DNA from: Candidatus Saccharimonadota bacterium
GTDB taxonomy: Bacteria > Pseudomonadota > Gammaproteobacteria > Enterobacterales > Enterobacteriaceae
NCBI GenBank assembly: GCA_049942775.1
Contig: CP188087.1
Coordinates: 90,001 to 122,000 of the forward strand
Length of the DNA: 32,000 nucleotides
Direction: 5' to 3'
Of this stretch, positions 1-10,251 are shown piece by piece. The number at the start of each line of letters is the position of its first letter. Position 1 is the stretch's first letter. The translations under genes and the position numbers were made by a program. The notes below the pieces were generated by a model, which was not told the DNA's origin, made no database searches, and was given only the letters and a program-made list of their open reading frames with translations.

Positions 1-477
1 TATATGATTGGTACGAATAAAATAGTGCAAGATAAATTTTATCAAAACAAGCGTTTTTATATAAATGTTAGATCTTGTAAAAAAAAAGAAATCATTGAAG
101 AAGAGTTACATAGCTATTATTTTACTAATACAAAAAAATATTTTTTATTAAAAGAAAATCCAATATGTTATATTCGTAATAACATGTTTTCTAGTTGTCT
201 TAAAAATTTAAAAAATGGAAAATATTTTCCGGAAATTACATTAGATTTGCATGGTTTAACTAAAAATCAAGCAAAAAAAGAATTAGGTAAACTATTTTTC
301 ATTTGTGAAAAAGAAAAATTTTCTTGTGTTTCTATAATTCATGGACATGGGAAAAATATATTGAAATTAAATATTCCGTTTTGGTTGTCGCAACATCCAA
401 ATGTAATAGCATTTCACGAGGCTCCAAGAAAATTTGGAAAAAATATAGCAATATTAGTTTTATTAGAAATGATTTGA
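1..477 (+). CDS. smrB: Smr-domain endonuclease SmrB (YfcN family). 5' end probably lies upstream of the window.
   Basis: ORF 4..477. The C-terminal Smr domain signature LDLHGLT...QAKKEL...IHGHGKNILK...WLSQHPNVIAFHEAP aligns with my recollection of E. coli SmrB (LDLHGLTQLQAKQEL...VMHGHGKHILK...WLAQHPHVMAFHQAP). The first Met aligns near residue 19 of E. coli SmrB and the frame is open to base 1, so the gene is likely truncated by the window edge. Confidence 0.75.
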   Translation, partial: YMIGTNKIVQDKFYQNKRFYINVRSCKKKEIIEEELHSYYFTNTKKYFLLKENPICYIRNNMFSSCLKNLKNGKYFPEITLDLHGLTKNQAKKELGKLFFICEKEKFSCVSIIHGHGKNILKLNIPFWLSQHPNVIAFHEAPRKFGKNIAILVLLEMI

Positions 478-654
478 AAAAATAATTAGTTTATAGATTT
501 TATTTTTTTGATTTATACATAATAATTTTGTTACATTTCTTATTTAAGAAAATAAATGTTCTATAAATAATAGATTATTATTAAATTTGGATTTAATTTC
601 ATTTATTTTTTGATTTTAAAATTCAAAAAAAATTATTTTAAGGCATTATTAATT

Positions 655-1554
655 ATGAACAATAATAATCGGTTAAGAATTGCTATACAAAAATCAGGTC
701 GATTGAGTGATGATTCAATTGAATTATTATTTCTTTGTGGAATTAAAGTTAATTTAGAACAACAACATTTAATTTCTTTTTCTCAAAATATGCCAATAGA
801 AGTAATGAGAGTTAGAGATGATGATATACCGGGATTAATCATGGATGGTATTGTAGAATTAGGAATTGTTGGAAAAAATGTTTTAGAAGAAATCGCCTTG
901 TCTCGTAAAGATCAAAATAAAAATATTAGATATAAATTACTTAGAAACTTAGATTTTGGAGTATGTAGATTGTCTTTGTCAGTACCAGTAGACAAGGAAT
1001 ATTTTAATTTGCAATGTTTAAATAATTCTCGAATTGCAACATCATATCCTTATTTATTGAAAAAATATTTAAATAAAGAAAAAATTCATTTTAGTTCTTT
1101 TTTATTAAATGGTTCTGTAGAAGTTGCTCCTAGAGCTGGTTTATCTGATGCGATTTGTGATTTAGTATCTACCGGTAGTACTCTGGAAATTAATGGTTTA
1201 AGAGAAGTAGAAGTAATATACCATTCACATGCATGTTTAATTAGTTCTAGCAATAAAATTTCAAATCTAAAAAAACAAATAATTGAAAAGTTATTGGTTC
1301 GTATAACTGGAATAATTACAGCTAGGGAATCTAAATATATTATGTTGCATGTTCCAATTAATAAAGTTAAAGAAGTAATAAATTTATTAAGAGGAGCTGA
1401 ACGTCCAACGATTTTAAATTTAGTAGGTGACAAAAATCGTGTTGCCATGCATATGGTTAGTAGAGAAAGTATTTTTTGGGAAACTATGGAAAAATTAAAA
1501 ATATTAGGAGCAAGTTCAATTTTAGTTTTACCCATAGAAAAAATGATGGAGTAA
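655..1554 (+). CDS. hisG: ATP phosphoribosyltransferase (long form)
   Basis: [21 protein letters not shown]... is colinear with E. coli HisG ([21 protein letters not shown]...) through the shared C-terminus [12 protein letters not shown] prefer the ATG at 655 (299 codons, the E. coli length) over the TTG at 610 in the ORF track. Confidence 0.95.
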   Translation: MNNNNRLRIAIQKSGRLSDDSIELLFLCGIKVNLEQQHLISFSQNMPIEVMRVRDDDIPGLIMDGIVELGIVGKNVLEEIALSRKDQNKNIRYKLLRNLDFGVCRLSLSVPVDKEYFNLQCLNNSRIATSYPYLLKKYLNKEKIHFSSFLLNGSVEVAPRAGLSDAICDLVSTGSTLEINGLREVEVIYHSHACLISSSNKISNLKKQIIEKLLVRITGIITARESKYIMLHVPINKVKEVINLLRGAERPTILNLVGDKNRVAMHMVSRESIFWETMEKLKILGASSILVLPIEKMME

Positions 1555-1561
1555 CATATAA

Positions 1562-2872
1562 ATGTTAAAGAATGTTTTTTTTTGGAAAGAACTAGATGAA
1601 CAACAGAAAAAAAAAGTTTTATCTCGTCCAAATATTTATATAAAAAAAAAATGTACGCAGTTAGTAAGAAAAGTGCTTGTTGATGTTTTAAATTATGGTG
1701 ATTCAGCTTTAAAAAAATATTGTTTGCTGTTTGACAAAAAAAGAATAGAAAAATTCAAAATTGAAAAACACATTATTTCTAATTCTTATTTAAATATTGA
1801 TAAAGAACTAAAAAAATCTATATTAAATGCTAAAAATAACATTGAATATTTCCATAAATTTCAAAAGAGAAAAAATTTAGATATAGAAATAAAACCAGGG
1901 GTGAGATGTCAGCATATTTCTGTTCCAATTGAGTCTGTAGGTTTATATGTTCCTGGTGGATCATCTCCGTTGATTTCGACAGTGTTAATGTTAGCTATTC
2001 CAGCTACAATTGCTGGTTGTAAAAAAATAATTTTATGTTCACCGCCACCTATATCTAATGAAATTTTATACTGTGCTCATATTTGTGGCATACAAGATGT
2101 TTATCAAGTAGGTGGATCTCAAGCAATTGCAGCTATGGCATTTGGAACTAAAAGTATACCTAAAGTTCAAAAAATTTTTGGACCAGGTAATGCATATGTC
2201 ACTGAAGCAAAAATACAAGTTAATAGTTTTACAGAAGGTGTCTCTATAGATATGCCAGCTGGTCCTTCAGAGGTGTTAGTAATTGCGGATAAAAGCGCTA
2301 ATCCAGATTTTATTGCTGCTGATTTATTATCACAATCTGAACATGGAACAGATTCACAATCCATTTTTGTTACTACAGAATATACATTAATCAAACAGGT
2401 AATCTTTGCAATTTCCAATCAAATGAGGAAATTTTCTAAATTAGATTTAATTATTCAATCGATAGAAAACAGTAGATTTATTATAGCTGAAAGTTTATTA
2501 GAATGTATAAATATATCAAACAGATATGCTCCTGAACATTTAATTATACAAACTGTCAATTCTAGAAAATTATTAAAATACATTGTTAATGCAGGATCTG
2601 TTTTTTTAGGAAAGTGGTCTCCTGAATCAGTAGGAGATTATGCTTCTGGATCTAATCATGTTCTTCCTACTACTGGATATGCATTATCATATTCAGGATT
2701 AAGTGTTTTTGATTTTCAAAAAAACATAACTATACAAGAATTAACGAGAAATGGATTGATTGATTTATCTTCTACTGTTTTAACAATTGCATCTTTTGAA
2801 AAAATGGATGCACATAAAAATTCTATTTTAGTGAGAATAAAGAAAAATTTAATGGAGAAAGAAAAAATTTGA
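1562..2872 (+). CDS. hisD: Histidinol dehydrogenase
   Basis: 436 aa and colinear with E. coli HisD. Shared motifs include PGVRCQ, VGLYVPGG, DMPAGPSEVLVIAD, LLSQSEHG and YAPEHLIIQT. The TGA stop overlaps the hisC start (TTGA). Confidence 0.96.
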   Translation: MLKNVFFWKELDEQQKKKVLSRPNIYIKKKCTQLVRKVLVDVLNYGDSALKKYCLLFDKKRIEKFKIEKHIISNSYLNIDKELKKSILNAKNNIEYFHKFQKRKNLDIEIKPGVRCQHISVPIESVGLYVPGGSSPLISTVLMLAIPATIAGCKKIILCSPPPISNEILYCAHICGIQDVYQVGGSQAIAAMAFGTKSIPKVQKIFGPGNAYVTEAKIQVNSFTEGVSIDMPAGPSEVLVIADKSANPDFIAADLLSQSEHGTDSQSIFVTTEYTLIKQVIFAISNQMRKFSKLDLIIQSIENSRFIIAESLLECINISNRYAPEHLIIQTVNSRKLLKYIVNAGSVFLGKWSPESVGDYASGSNHVLPTTGYALSYSGLSVFDFQKNITIQELTRNGLIDLSSTVLTIASFEKMDAHKNSILVRIKKNLMEKEKI

Positions 2873-3942
2873 AAATTATAGATTTAGTACGAAAAAATAT
2901 TAAAAATGTTCAACCTTATCAATCGGCTCGTCGAATAGGGGGAAGCGGGGATATTTGGTTAAATGCAAACGAATTACCAATTTCAACTTTATTTAAAGAA
3001 AAGATTAAAAATTTAAATCGATATCCTTCATTTCAATCTAAAAAATTAATTTCATATTATTCTAGTTATATTGGTTGTAAGAAAGATCAAATATTAGTTA
3101 CTAGAGGTGCTGATGAAGGAATTGAATTATTAATTCGAGCTTTTTGCGAGCCTAAAATTGATGCAATCATAACATGTCCTCCAACATATGATATGTATAG
3201 AATTTGTGCGCAATTATTTAATGTTGAAAACAAATTGTGTTTTAGATTATCCAATTGGAATTTAAATATTTTAGACATTGAAAAAAAAATAAATAATGTA
3301 AAAATAATTTATATTTGTAATCCTAACAATCCAACAGGAAATTTAATTAAAGTTAATGATATAAAAAAAATTTTAGAAATTAGTTTTGATCGTAGTTTAG
3401 TAGTTGTCGATGAAGCATATATTGAATTTTTCCCTGATGGAAGTTGTTTATCTTTGTTGTCCAAATACACTAATTTAGTAATTTTGCGAACTCTTTCTAA
3501 AGCTTTTGGGTTAGCTAGTATTAGATGTGGTTTTGTGATATCTCATTCTGAAATTATAAACATGTTATCCAAAGTAATTGCTCCGTATCCATTGCCTGGA
3601 CCTGTAGAACAAATAGCTATTTCGTCACTAAAAAAACAAAAAATTTTTTTTATGAATAATTATATCAATTCACTAATTGAAACAAGGAATTGGTTTTTTA
3701 ATGAATTAAAAAAATGTAGTTGTGTTAAAAAAGTTTTTAATAGTTTTGCTAACTTTTTATTAGTAAAGTTTAATTGTTTTGAGCTAGTAATTAGTTTTTT
3801 AAAAAAAAACGGAATTGTAATTCGTAATCAAACAGAAAAATATGGATTACAGAGATGTATTAGAATTTCTATTGGAACTCATAGTGAATGTTTATTTTTT
3901 TTAAAAGTAATTAAAAATATAAAAAATAGAAAACAAAAATGA
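2869..3942 (+). CDS. hisC: Histidinol-phosphate aminotransferase
   Basis: 357 aa. Motifs: PYQSARR, WLNANE, RGADEGIELLIRAFCEP, NPNNPTG, DEAYIEF, and RTLSKAFGLA with the PLP lysine. The TTG start overlaps the hisD stop by 4 nt. Confidence 0.95.
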   Translation: MKIIDLVRKNIKNVQPYQSARRIGGSGDIWLNANELPISTLFKEKIKNLNRYPSFQSKKLISYYSSYIGCKKDQILVTRGADEGIELLIRAFCEPKIDAIITCPPTYDMYRICAQLFNVENKLCFRLSNWNLNILDIEKKINNVKIIYICNPNNPTGNLIKVNDIKKILEISFDRSLVVVDEAYIEFFPDGSCLSLLSKYTNLVILRTLSKAFGLASIRCGFVISHSEIINMLSKVIAPYPLPGPVEQIAISSLKKQKIFFMNNYINSLIETRNWFFNELKKCSCVKKVFNSFANFLLVKFNCFELVISFLKKNGIVIRNQTEKYGLQRCIRISIGTHSECLFFLKVIKNIKNRKQK

Positions 3943-5021
3943 AAAAAAAAAAAATAAAAAAAATTTTATTTATCGATAGAGATGGAACTTTAATAAAAGA
4001 ACCTAAAATTAATTTTCAAGTTGATAACTTAGAAAAGATTAAATTTGAAAAAGAAGTATTTATATCTTTAATACAATTAAAAAACTATGGATATAGTTTT
4101 ATTATGATTACTAATCAAGATGGATTAGGAACGGAAAAATTTCCATTGTCTTGTTTTAATAAGGTTCAGAAATTTATAATAGATACGTTTGCATCTCAAA
4201 AAATTTTTTTTAAAAAAATTTTTATTTGTCCACATGAAGAACAAGAAAATTGTTTGTGTAGAAAACCAAAAATAGGGTTGGTTAGAGATTTGTTGAAAAA
4301 AAATTATCTGTCTAAAAATAGTTGTTACGTTATTGGTGATAGGAATACAGATATAGAATTTGCAAAAAATATTGGAATAACTGGTTTATTGTATCATTCT
4401 AAAAAAAATAATTGGTCTAAGATATCTAAAAAACTTATTTTATCTAAGGATAGATATGGTAAGTTTGTTAGAAAAACTAATGAATCATCAGTTTTGGTTG
4501 AAATATGGTTAGATCGAATTGGAAAAAGTAATATAAATACTGGAATTCCATTTTTTGATCATATGTTAGATCAAATTGCTGTTCATGGAGCATTCAAAAT
4601 GAATATTTTTACTAACGGAGATGTACATGTAGATGATCATCATACTGTAGAAGATACTGCTATAACTTTTGGAAATGCTTTTTTAAAATCTTTGAGCAAA
4701 AAGGTTGGAATTGGTAGATTCGGATTTACTTTACCAATGGATGAAAGTATAAGCACTTGTATATTAGATTTGTCGGGACGACCATATTTGTGTTATGAGT
4801 CAGTTTTTAAATATCAAAAAATAGGTGATTTAAGTACAGATATGATTAAACATTTTTTTAGTTCAGTTTCTTATTCTATGATGTGTACAATTCATTTAAA
4901 AGCTAAAGGAGAAAATGATCATCATATTGCTGAAAGTATATTCAAATCTTTTGGAATGGCTTTAAAGCAGGCAAAACAGATTACTGATAATTACTTACCT
5001 AGTTCAAAAGGAACTTTATAA
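3939..5021 (+). CDS. hisB: Bifunctional histidinol-phosphatase / imidazoleglycerol-phosphate dehydratase
   Basis: 360 aa. The N-terminal HAD phosphatase has the motif FIDRDGTLI. The C-terminal IGPD has FFDHMLDQIA, DDHHTVED and GENDHHIAES. ATGA overlaps the hisC stop. The N-terminus MKKKKIKK is encoded by a 13-nt A run. Confidence 0.95.
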   Translation: MKKKKIKKILFIDRDGTLIKEPKINFQVDNLEKIKFEKEVFISLIQLKNYGYSFIMITNQDGLGTEKFPLSCFNKVQKFIIDTFASQKIFFKKIFICPHEEQENCLCRKPKIGLVRDLLKKNYLSKNSCYVIGDRNTDIEFAKNIGITGLLYHSKKNNWSKISKKLILSKDRYGKFVRKTNESSVLVEIWLDRIGKSNINTGIPFFDHMLDQIAVHGAFKMNIFTNGDVHVDDHHTVEDTAITFGNAFLKSLSKKVGIGRFGFTLPMDESISTCILDLSGRPYLCYESVFKYQKIGDLSTDMIKHFFSSVSYSMMCTIHLKAKGENDHHIAESIFKSFGMALKQAKQITDNYLPSSKGTL

Positions 5022-5023
5022 TT

Positions 5024-5617
5024 GTGAAAATTATAATTTTAAACACAGGTTGTTCTAATCTTCTTTCTGTAAAATTGTCAATTAAACGATTAGGTTACTA
5101 TCCGGAAATTACTCATGATTCTAATAAAATATTATCTGCTGATAGGGTTATTTTTCCTGGAATTGGTACTGCATCGTCAATTATGAAAAATTTAAATAAA
5201 TTTAATTTGATTAAAACAATAAAAAAAATTAAAAGTCCAATGTTAGGAATATGTTTAGGAATGCAAATTTTGAGTTCTTTTAGTATGGAATCTCATGGAA
5301 TTAAAATGCTTGGAATTATTGATTCCAAAGTATCTTTACTAAAATCAAATGGATTGGTACTTCCACATATTGGATGGAACAATGTTTTTATTAAAAACAA
5401 TCATCCATTATTTAAAAATATTGATAATAAATCTAGATTTTATTTTGTACATAGTTATTCTTTTCCAGTTTGTCAATTTACTATTGCTAGTTCTTTTTAT
5501 GGACAAAAATTTAGTGCAGCTATACAAAAAGATAATTTTTTTGGTGTTCAATTTCATCCTGAAAAATCTAGTTTTTTAGGTTTACAGTTATTAAAAAATT
5601 TTTTAGAGATACTTTAA
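5024..5617 (+). CDS. hisH: Imidazole glycerol phosphate synthase, glutamine amidotransferase subunit
   Basis: 197 aa with a GTG start 2 nt after the hisB stop. Motifs: FPGIGTA, GICLGMQIL (catalytic Cys), HIGWN, FYFVHSY and GVQFHPEKS. Confidence 0.94.
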   Translation: MKIIILNTGCSNLLSVKLSIKRLGYYPEITHDSNKILSADRVIFPGIGTASSIMKNLNKFNLIKTIKKIKSPMLGICLGMQILSSFSMESHGIKMLGIIDSKVSLLKSNGLVLPHIGWNNVFIKNNHPLFKNIDNKSRFYFVHSYSFPVCQFTIASSFYGQKFSAAIQKDNFFGVQFHPEKSSFLGLQLLKNFLEIL

Positions 5618-5619
5618 TT

Positions 5620-6351
5620 ATGATAATTCCTTCATTGGATATTTTAAACAAAAAAGTTGTACGTTTATTTCAAGGAAATTATAAAAAAAAAACAATTTAT
5701 AAAAAAAATGTTTTTGAGGAATTGGAAAAATATAAATTAAATGGAGTGGAATATGTTCATCTAGTTGATTTAGAAGGAGCAAAAGACCCAAAAAATAAAC
5801 AAATGGATTTTTTTAAATCAATATTAAATAAAGTAAAAATAGGTTTACAAATAGGTGGTGGAATCAGATCTGAAAAAGATATTGAAGAATATTTCTCTTA
5901 TGGAATAAAAAGAGTAGTATTAGGTTCTTCTGTAATTGAAGACGAAAAAAACGTAAAAAATTGGTTATTGAGATATGGTTCTGAATCAATAGTTTTAGCT
6001 ATAGATATAAATACTTCAGATGGAAACAAAATTTTTATAAATGGGTGGAGGAAAAAAACCAATTTTGTTTTAGAAGATTTATTAAAAAAATATGAAGATT
6101 TTGGATTGAAACATGTTTTATGTACAGATATATCTAAAGATGGAACTTTAAAAGGACCTAACATTAATTTATATAAAGAACTATGTCTATCATTTAGACA
6201 TTTATGTTTTCAATCCTCTGGAGGTGTTAGTGCTTTAACTGACATTTTAAAATTAAAAAAAAATGGAATATCCGAAATTATTATAGGAAAAAGTTTTTTA
6301 GAAGAAAGATTTACTGTTTTGGAGGCTGTTGAATGTTGGCAAAAAGGATAA
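5620..6351 (+). CDS. hisA: ProFAR isomerase
   Basis: 243 aa. MIIPSLDI..., [38 protein letters not shown] and the C-terminus ECWQKG match E. coli HisA. Confidence 0.94.
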   Translation: MIIPSLDILNKKVVRLFQGNYKKKTIYKKNVFEELEKYKLNGVEYVHLVDLEGAKDPKNKQMDFFKSILNKVKIGLQIGGGIRSEKDIEEYFSYGIKRVVLGSSVIEDEKNVKNWLLRYGSESIVLAIDINTSDGNKIFINGWRKKTNFVLEDLLKKYEDFGLKHVLCTDISKDGTLKGPNINLYKELCLSFRHLCFQSSGGVSALTDILKLKKNGISEIIIGKSFLEERFTVLEAVECWQKG

Positions 6352-7106
6352 TTCCATGTTTAGATGTATTAAATGGACAAGTGGTAAAAGGAATACAATT
6401 TAAATCGCATAAAATAATTGGAGAAATAGTTCCATTAGTAACTCGATATTTAAATGAAGGAGCAGATGAATTAGTATTTTATGATATTTCAGCTTCAGTA
6501 TGTAATTCTTTAGTAGAAAAAAAATGGGTTACTAAAATAGCAGAAATAATTGATATTCCATTTTGTGTAGCAGGAGGAATAAAAAGTTTGAAAGATGTTC
6601 AAAAAATTTTGTCTTTTGGAGCAGATAAAATATCAATAAATTCTCCTGCTATTGAAAATCCAAACTTAATTTCTAGAATAGCAGATCGTTTTGGAAGTCA
6701 ATGTTTAGTAGTTGGAATTGATTCATGGTTTGATAAAAAATCTAAAAAATATAAAGTGTATCAATTTACTGGAAGTGATAAGAAAAAAAGAAAGACTAAT
6801 TGGAATGTTTTTGATTGGGTAAAACAAGTTCAATTGTTAGGAGCTGGAGAAATAGTTCTTAATGTTATGAATTCTGATGGATTAAGAAAAGGATATGATC
6901 TTATTCAACTTTCTAAAATACGAAAATTTTGCAAGGTTCCGTTAATTGCTTCTGGAGGAGCAGGCTCTATATTTGATTTTTATAATGTCTTTAAAATCTC
7001 TAAAGTTGATGGAGCTTTAGCTGCTTCGGTGTTTCACAAAAAAATATTAAATATAAAGACCTTAAAAAAAACATTGTTAGAACTTGAATTGGAGATTAGA
7101 AAATGA
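6333..7106 (+). CDS. hisF: Imidazole glycerol phosphate synthase, cyclase subunit
   Basis: 257 aa. [54 protein letters not shown] and [10 protein letters not shown] are present. It overlaps the hisA 3' end by 19 nt. Confidence 0.96.
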   Translation: MLAKRIIPCLDVLNGQVVKGIQFKSHKIIGEIVPLVTRYLNEGADELVFYDISASVCNSLVEKKWVTKIAEIIDIPFCVAGGIKSLKDVQKILSFGADKISINSPAIENPNLISRIADRFGSQCLVVGIDSWFDKKSKKYKVYQFTGSDKKKRKTNWNVFDWVKQVQLLGAGEIVLNVMNSDGLRKGYDLIQLSKIRKFCKVPLIASGGAGSIFDFYNVFKISKVDGALAASVFHKKILNIKTLKKTLLELELEIRK

Positions 7107-7735
7107 CATTTTTATGTACAAAAAACAAATTAAATGTAAATTGGGAAAAAATAAATGGAATGTTGCCAGTTATTGTTCAGAATTATTTTTCTGGTGAAGT
7201 ATTAATGCATGGTTATATGAATAATATAGCATTGGAAAAGACAATGTCGACTAAGTTAGTTACGTTTTTTTCTCGTACAAAAAAACGTTTATGGGTTAAA
7301 GGAGAGAGTTCTGGAAATTTTTTAAAAGTAATTGATTATACACTTGACTGTGATAAAGATACCTTATTAGTTTTATCTAATCCTATAGGAAAAACTTGTC
7401 ATTTAAATAAAAAAAATTGTTTTTTTGGTTCTAAAAAAAATATATTTTCATTTTTATATGAATTAGAAAAAATTATAGAAAATAGAAAAAATAAAAAAAA
7501 AAAGGAATCTTACACATATCTTTTATTTAAAAATGGTACAAATAGAATAGCACAAAAATTAGCAGAAGAAGCAGTTGAAACATCATTAGCGTCAGTTTCA
7601 AATAACAAAGAAGAAATAATTAATGAATCCTCTGATTTATTATACCATTTATTAGTCCTATTAAGCAATCAAAAATTAACTTTTTTTGATGTTTTAAAAA
7701 AATTAAAAAATAGAAATAATTTTATGAAAGGATAG
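7103..7735 (+). CDS. hisI: Bifunctional phosphoribosyl-AMP cyclohydrolase / phosphoribosyl-ATP pyrophosphatase
   Basis: 210 aa. Motifs: [44 protein letters not shown], and [13 protein letters not shown]...[11 protein letters not shown] in the PRA-PH part. ATGA overlaps the hisF stop. Confidence 0.94.
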   Translation: MTFLCTKNKLNVNWEKINGMLPVIVQNYFSGEVLMHGYMNNIALEKTMSTKLVTFFSRTKKRLWVKGESSGNFLKVIDYTLDCDKDTLLVLSNPIGKTCHLNKKNCFFGSKKNIFSFLYELEKIIENRKNKKKKESYTYLLFKNGTNRIAQKLAEEAVETSLASVSNNKEEIINESSDLLYHLLVLLSNQKLTFFDVLKKLKNRNNFMKG

Positions 7736-7894
7736 TCATATATTTTTTAAATTTAATTTTAAATTTATTTTTTTTGATTAAATTTTTAAATCCTAATAAA
7801 TAAAAATTAATTAATTAATAAAATTTTAAATAAAAATAAACACTTATTTAATATAGATTTTTTGTAAAAATTTATTTTTTTAGGGAGATAAATA

Positions 7895-9304
7895 ATGAGT
7901 CAAGGAAACCAAATTGGTATAGTTGGTTTATCAGTAATGGGCGGAAATCTAGCTTTAAATATTTCTAATTGTGGTTATTCTGTCTCTGTTTTTAACAGAT
8001 CCAAAGAAAAAACTAAGATTTTAATTAAAAAAAATCCTAATTCAAAAATTTTTCCTTTTTACGAAATACAAGATTTTATTTTATCTTTATCTTCTCCACG
8101 CAAAATTTTATTAATGATTCAGGCTGGAATAGCAACGGATGAAACAATTGATTTAATTGTTCCTTTTTTGATGAAAGGAGATATTTTAATTGACGGCGGT
8201 AATTCTTTTTACAAGGATACGAATCGTCGATGTATTGAATTATCGAAACTTGGAATTAGATTTATAGGAGCTGGAATTTCTGGAGGAGAAGAGGGAGCGT
8301 TAAAAGGTCCGGCTATTATGCCAAGTGGCGATAAAAGTGCATATGATGTTTTATCTAAAATTTTTAATAAAATAGCGGCTAATTATGATGGTGATCCTTG
8401 TGTAAAATATATTGGACCAAGTGGATCAGGACATTACGTTAAAATGGTACATAACGGGATTGAATATAGCGATATGCAGCTAATTGCTGAAGCATATTTA
8501 TTACTTAAAAAAGTAGTAGGAATGAATAATAGTGATTTATCAAATATATTTTCGGAATGGAATAAAGGAGAATTAAATAGTTATTTAATAGAGATTACTA
8601 AAAATATTTTACTCACTAAAGACAACGATGGAAAATATTTAGTAGATTTTATTTCAGATCAAGCAGAAAACAAAGGAACTGGAACTTGGACAAGTCAAAG
8701 TGCATTAGAGTTAAATGAGCCGTTAACCTTGATTACAGAATCAGTTTTTTTTAGATATATTTCATCTTTAAAATCTCAGAGGATGATTGCTTCAAAAATA
8801 TTATTTGGACCAAATAAAATTAATTTTTTAAAAAATAAAAATAATTTTATTGAAAAAATTAGAAGAGCTTTGTATTTAGGAAAAATAATTTCTTATGCAC
8901 AAGGTTTTTCTCAACTAAGAACTGCTTCAGAAAAATATGCATGGAATTTAAAATATGAAGATATTGCTAAGATTTTTAGATCTGGTTGTATAATTAGAGC
9001 TAAGTTTTTACATAAAATAATAGATTCTTATAAAAATAATAAAAAAATATTTAATTTGTTATTAACCCCTTATTTTCAAAAAATTGCTAATAAATATCAG
9101 CAATCTTTAAGAGAAATGGTTTCTTTTTCTATTTTAGAAGGTATTCCTATACCTACGTTTTCTTCTGCAATATCATATTATGATAGTTATAGAAGTAAAT
9201 TGTTACCTACAAATTTAATACAGGCTCAGAGAGATTATTTTGGTGCACACACTTATCGAAGAGTTGATGTAGATGGAATACAACATACGAAATGGAATAC
9301 TTAA
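7895..9304 (+). CDS. gnd: 6-phosphogluconate dehydrogenase, decarboxylating
   Basis: 469 aa. It has the N-terminal Rossmann motif [16 protein letters not shown], plus [26 protein letters not shown] and the C-terminus [15 protein letters not shown] Shine-Dalgarno sits at 7883..7887, 7 nt before the ATG. Confidence 0.96.
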   Translation: MSQGNQIGIVGLSVMGGNLALNISNCGYSVSVFNRSKEKTKILIKKNPNSKIFPFYEIQDFILSLSSPRKILLMIQAGIATDETIDLIVPFLMKGDILIDGGNSFYKDTNRRCIELSKLGIRFIGAGISGGEEGALKGPAIMPSGDKSAYDVLSKIFNKIAANYDGDPCVKYIGPSGSGHYVKMVHNGIEYSDMQLIAEAYLLLKKVVGMNNSDLSNIFSEWNKGELNSYLIEITKNILLTKDNDGKYLVDFISDQAENKGTGTWTSQSALELNEPLTLITESVFFRYISSLKSQRMIASKILFGPNKINFLKNKNNFIEKIRRALYLGKIISYAQGFSQLRTASEKYAWNLKYEDIAKIFRSGCIIRAKFLHKIIDSYKNNKKIFNLLLTPYFQKIANKYQQSLREMVSFSILEGIPIPTFSSAISYYDSYRSKLLPTNLIQAQRDYFGAHTYRRVDVDGIQHTKWNT

Positions 9305-9402
9305 TTTTGAAAAATTTTGGTTTATTTTTTTTATGTAAACGTTGTAAAGTAAAAAATAATTTTATTTTTTGTTTTTTTTAGATTTTTATTTCTATGTTTA
9401 GA

Positions 9403-9438
9403 AATAGAGATGCTTGTTAGCATCTCTATTAGTTTTTT
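9403..9438 (+). terminator. Rho-independent terminator downstream of gnd
   Basis: Perfect 11-bp stem: AATAGAGATGC (9403..9413) pairs with GCATCTCTATT (9420..9430). The loop is 6 nt (TTGTTA) and the stem is followed by AGTTTTTT. I checked this base by base. Confidence 0.8.
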
Positions 9439-9526
9439 AATAAACAATTTATTTTTAAAATTTTAATAAAAGACATTTTTTTATTAATTTTAATTTATTC
9501 AAAATAGAATTCTTATGGAAATAATT

Positions 9527-10087
9527 ATGAGATTATCAGATAAAGACATTGAAATATGGTTAGATAAAGGATGGTTACAAGTAATTCCTACTCCTAAAAA
9601 AAAATTTATAAATGGAGCAACAATAGATTTGAAGTTAGGAAATCGATTTAGGGTTTTTAAAGATCATTCTTTACCTTTTATTGATTTAAGTGGTTCTAAT
9701 AATGTAATCAATGCTTATAAAGATAAAGTTATGAGTTCAGAAATTGTTTTATCAAATGACGATTTTTTTTATTTACAACCTAGATCTTTATCACTTGCGA
9801 TTACTGAAGAAAAAATAATTTTACCAAATAATTTGATTGGTTGGTTGGATGGTCGTTCTTCCTTAGCTAGATTAGGTTTAATGGTACATGCTACTGCACA
9901 TAGGATAGATCCTGGTTGGAAAGGAAAGATTGTATTAGAATTTTTTAATTGTGGAAAAGTTACTTTAGCTTTAAAACCTGGAATGTTAATAGGAGCTATT
10001 AGCTTTGAAATTTTATCAAGTATTGCAGTTAGACCATATAATATTCGTTCTAGTTCTAAGTACTTTAATCAATCAAGTATTCTATAA
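9527..10087 (+). CDS. dcd: dCTP deaminase
   Basis: [12 protein letters not shown]... aligns with E. coli Dcd MRLCDRDIEAWL.... Shared motifs include [32 protein letters not shown] and RPYN. I prefer the ATG at 9527 over the ATG at 9515 because it matches the homologous N-terminus. Confidence 0.92.
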   Translation: MRLSDKDIEIWLDKGWLQVIPTPKKKFINGATIDLKLGNRFRVFKDHSLPFIDLSGSNNVINAYKDKVMSSEIVLSNDDFFYLQPRSLSLAITEEKIILPNNLIGWLDGRSSLARLGLMVHATAHRIDPGWKGKIVLEFFNCGKVTLALKPGMLIGAISFEILSSIAVRPYNIRSSSKYFNQSSIL

Positions 10088-10099
10088 AATAGAATAGAT

Positions 10100-10119
10100 T
10101 TAAAAACATTAGTTTTTAA
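10100..10119 (+). terminator. Candidate weak hairpin downstream of dcd
   Basis: TTAAAAAC (10100..10107) pairs perfectly with GTTTTTAA (10112..10119) around the loop ATTA. There is only one G:C pair and no separate T-tail, so function is uncertain. Confidence 0.25.
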
Positions 10120-10251
10120 TTAGATCTTTATGTTTTTATTTAAATTTTAAATTAACAATTAAAAAAAATAATTTATTTTTTATTTTTTTCTATTTTAGAA
10201 AAATATTTTTATTGTATTTTTTTAATTTTGTTTTTTTAGGAGAATTTATAT

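Noticed and set aside
610-654. TTG start at 610, which extends hisG by 15 codons.
   Set aside because: The ATG at 655 reproduces the E. coli HisG N-terminus (M..N.RLRIA.QKSGRL) and its 299-aa length. The extension, [15 protein letters not shown], has no homologous counterpart.
1086-1631. 181-aa antisense ORF overlapping hisG and hisD.
   Set aside because: It lies opposite well-supported genes, has a low-complexity I/L/K/F/S-rich composition, and has no recognisable motifs. This is a typical shadow ORF.
470-2872. Possibility of an alternative genetic code with TGA read as Trp, as in some tiny-genome symbionts and Mollicutes.
   Set aside because: TGA ends smrB, hisD and hisC exactly at the homologous C-termini, and Trp positions are encoded by TGG. 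The standard code 11 applies.
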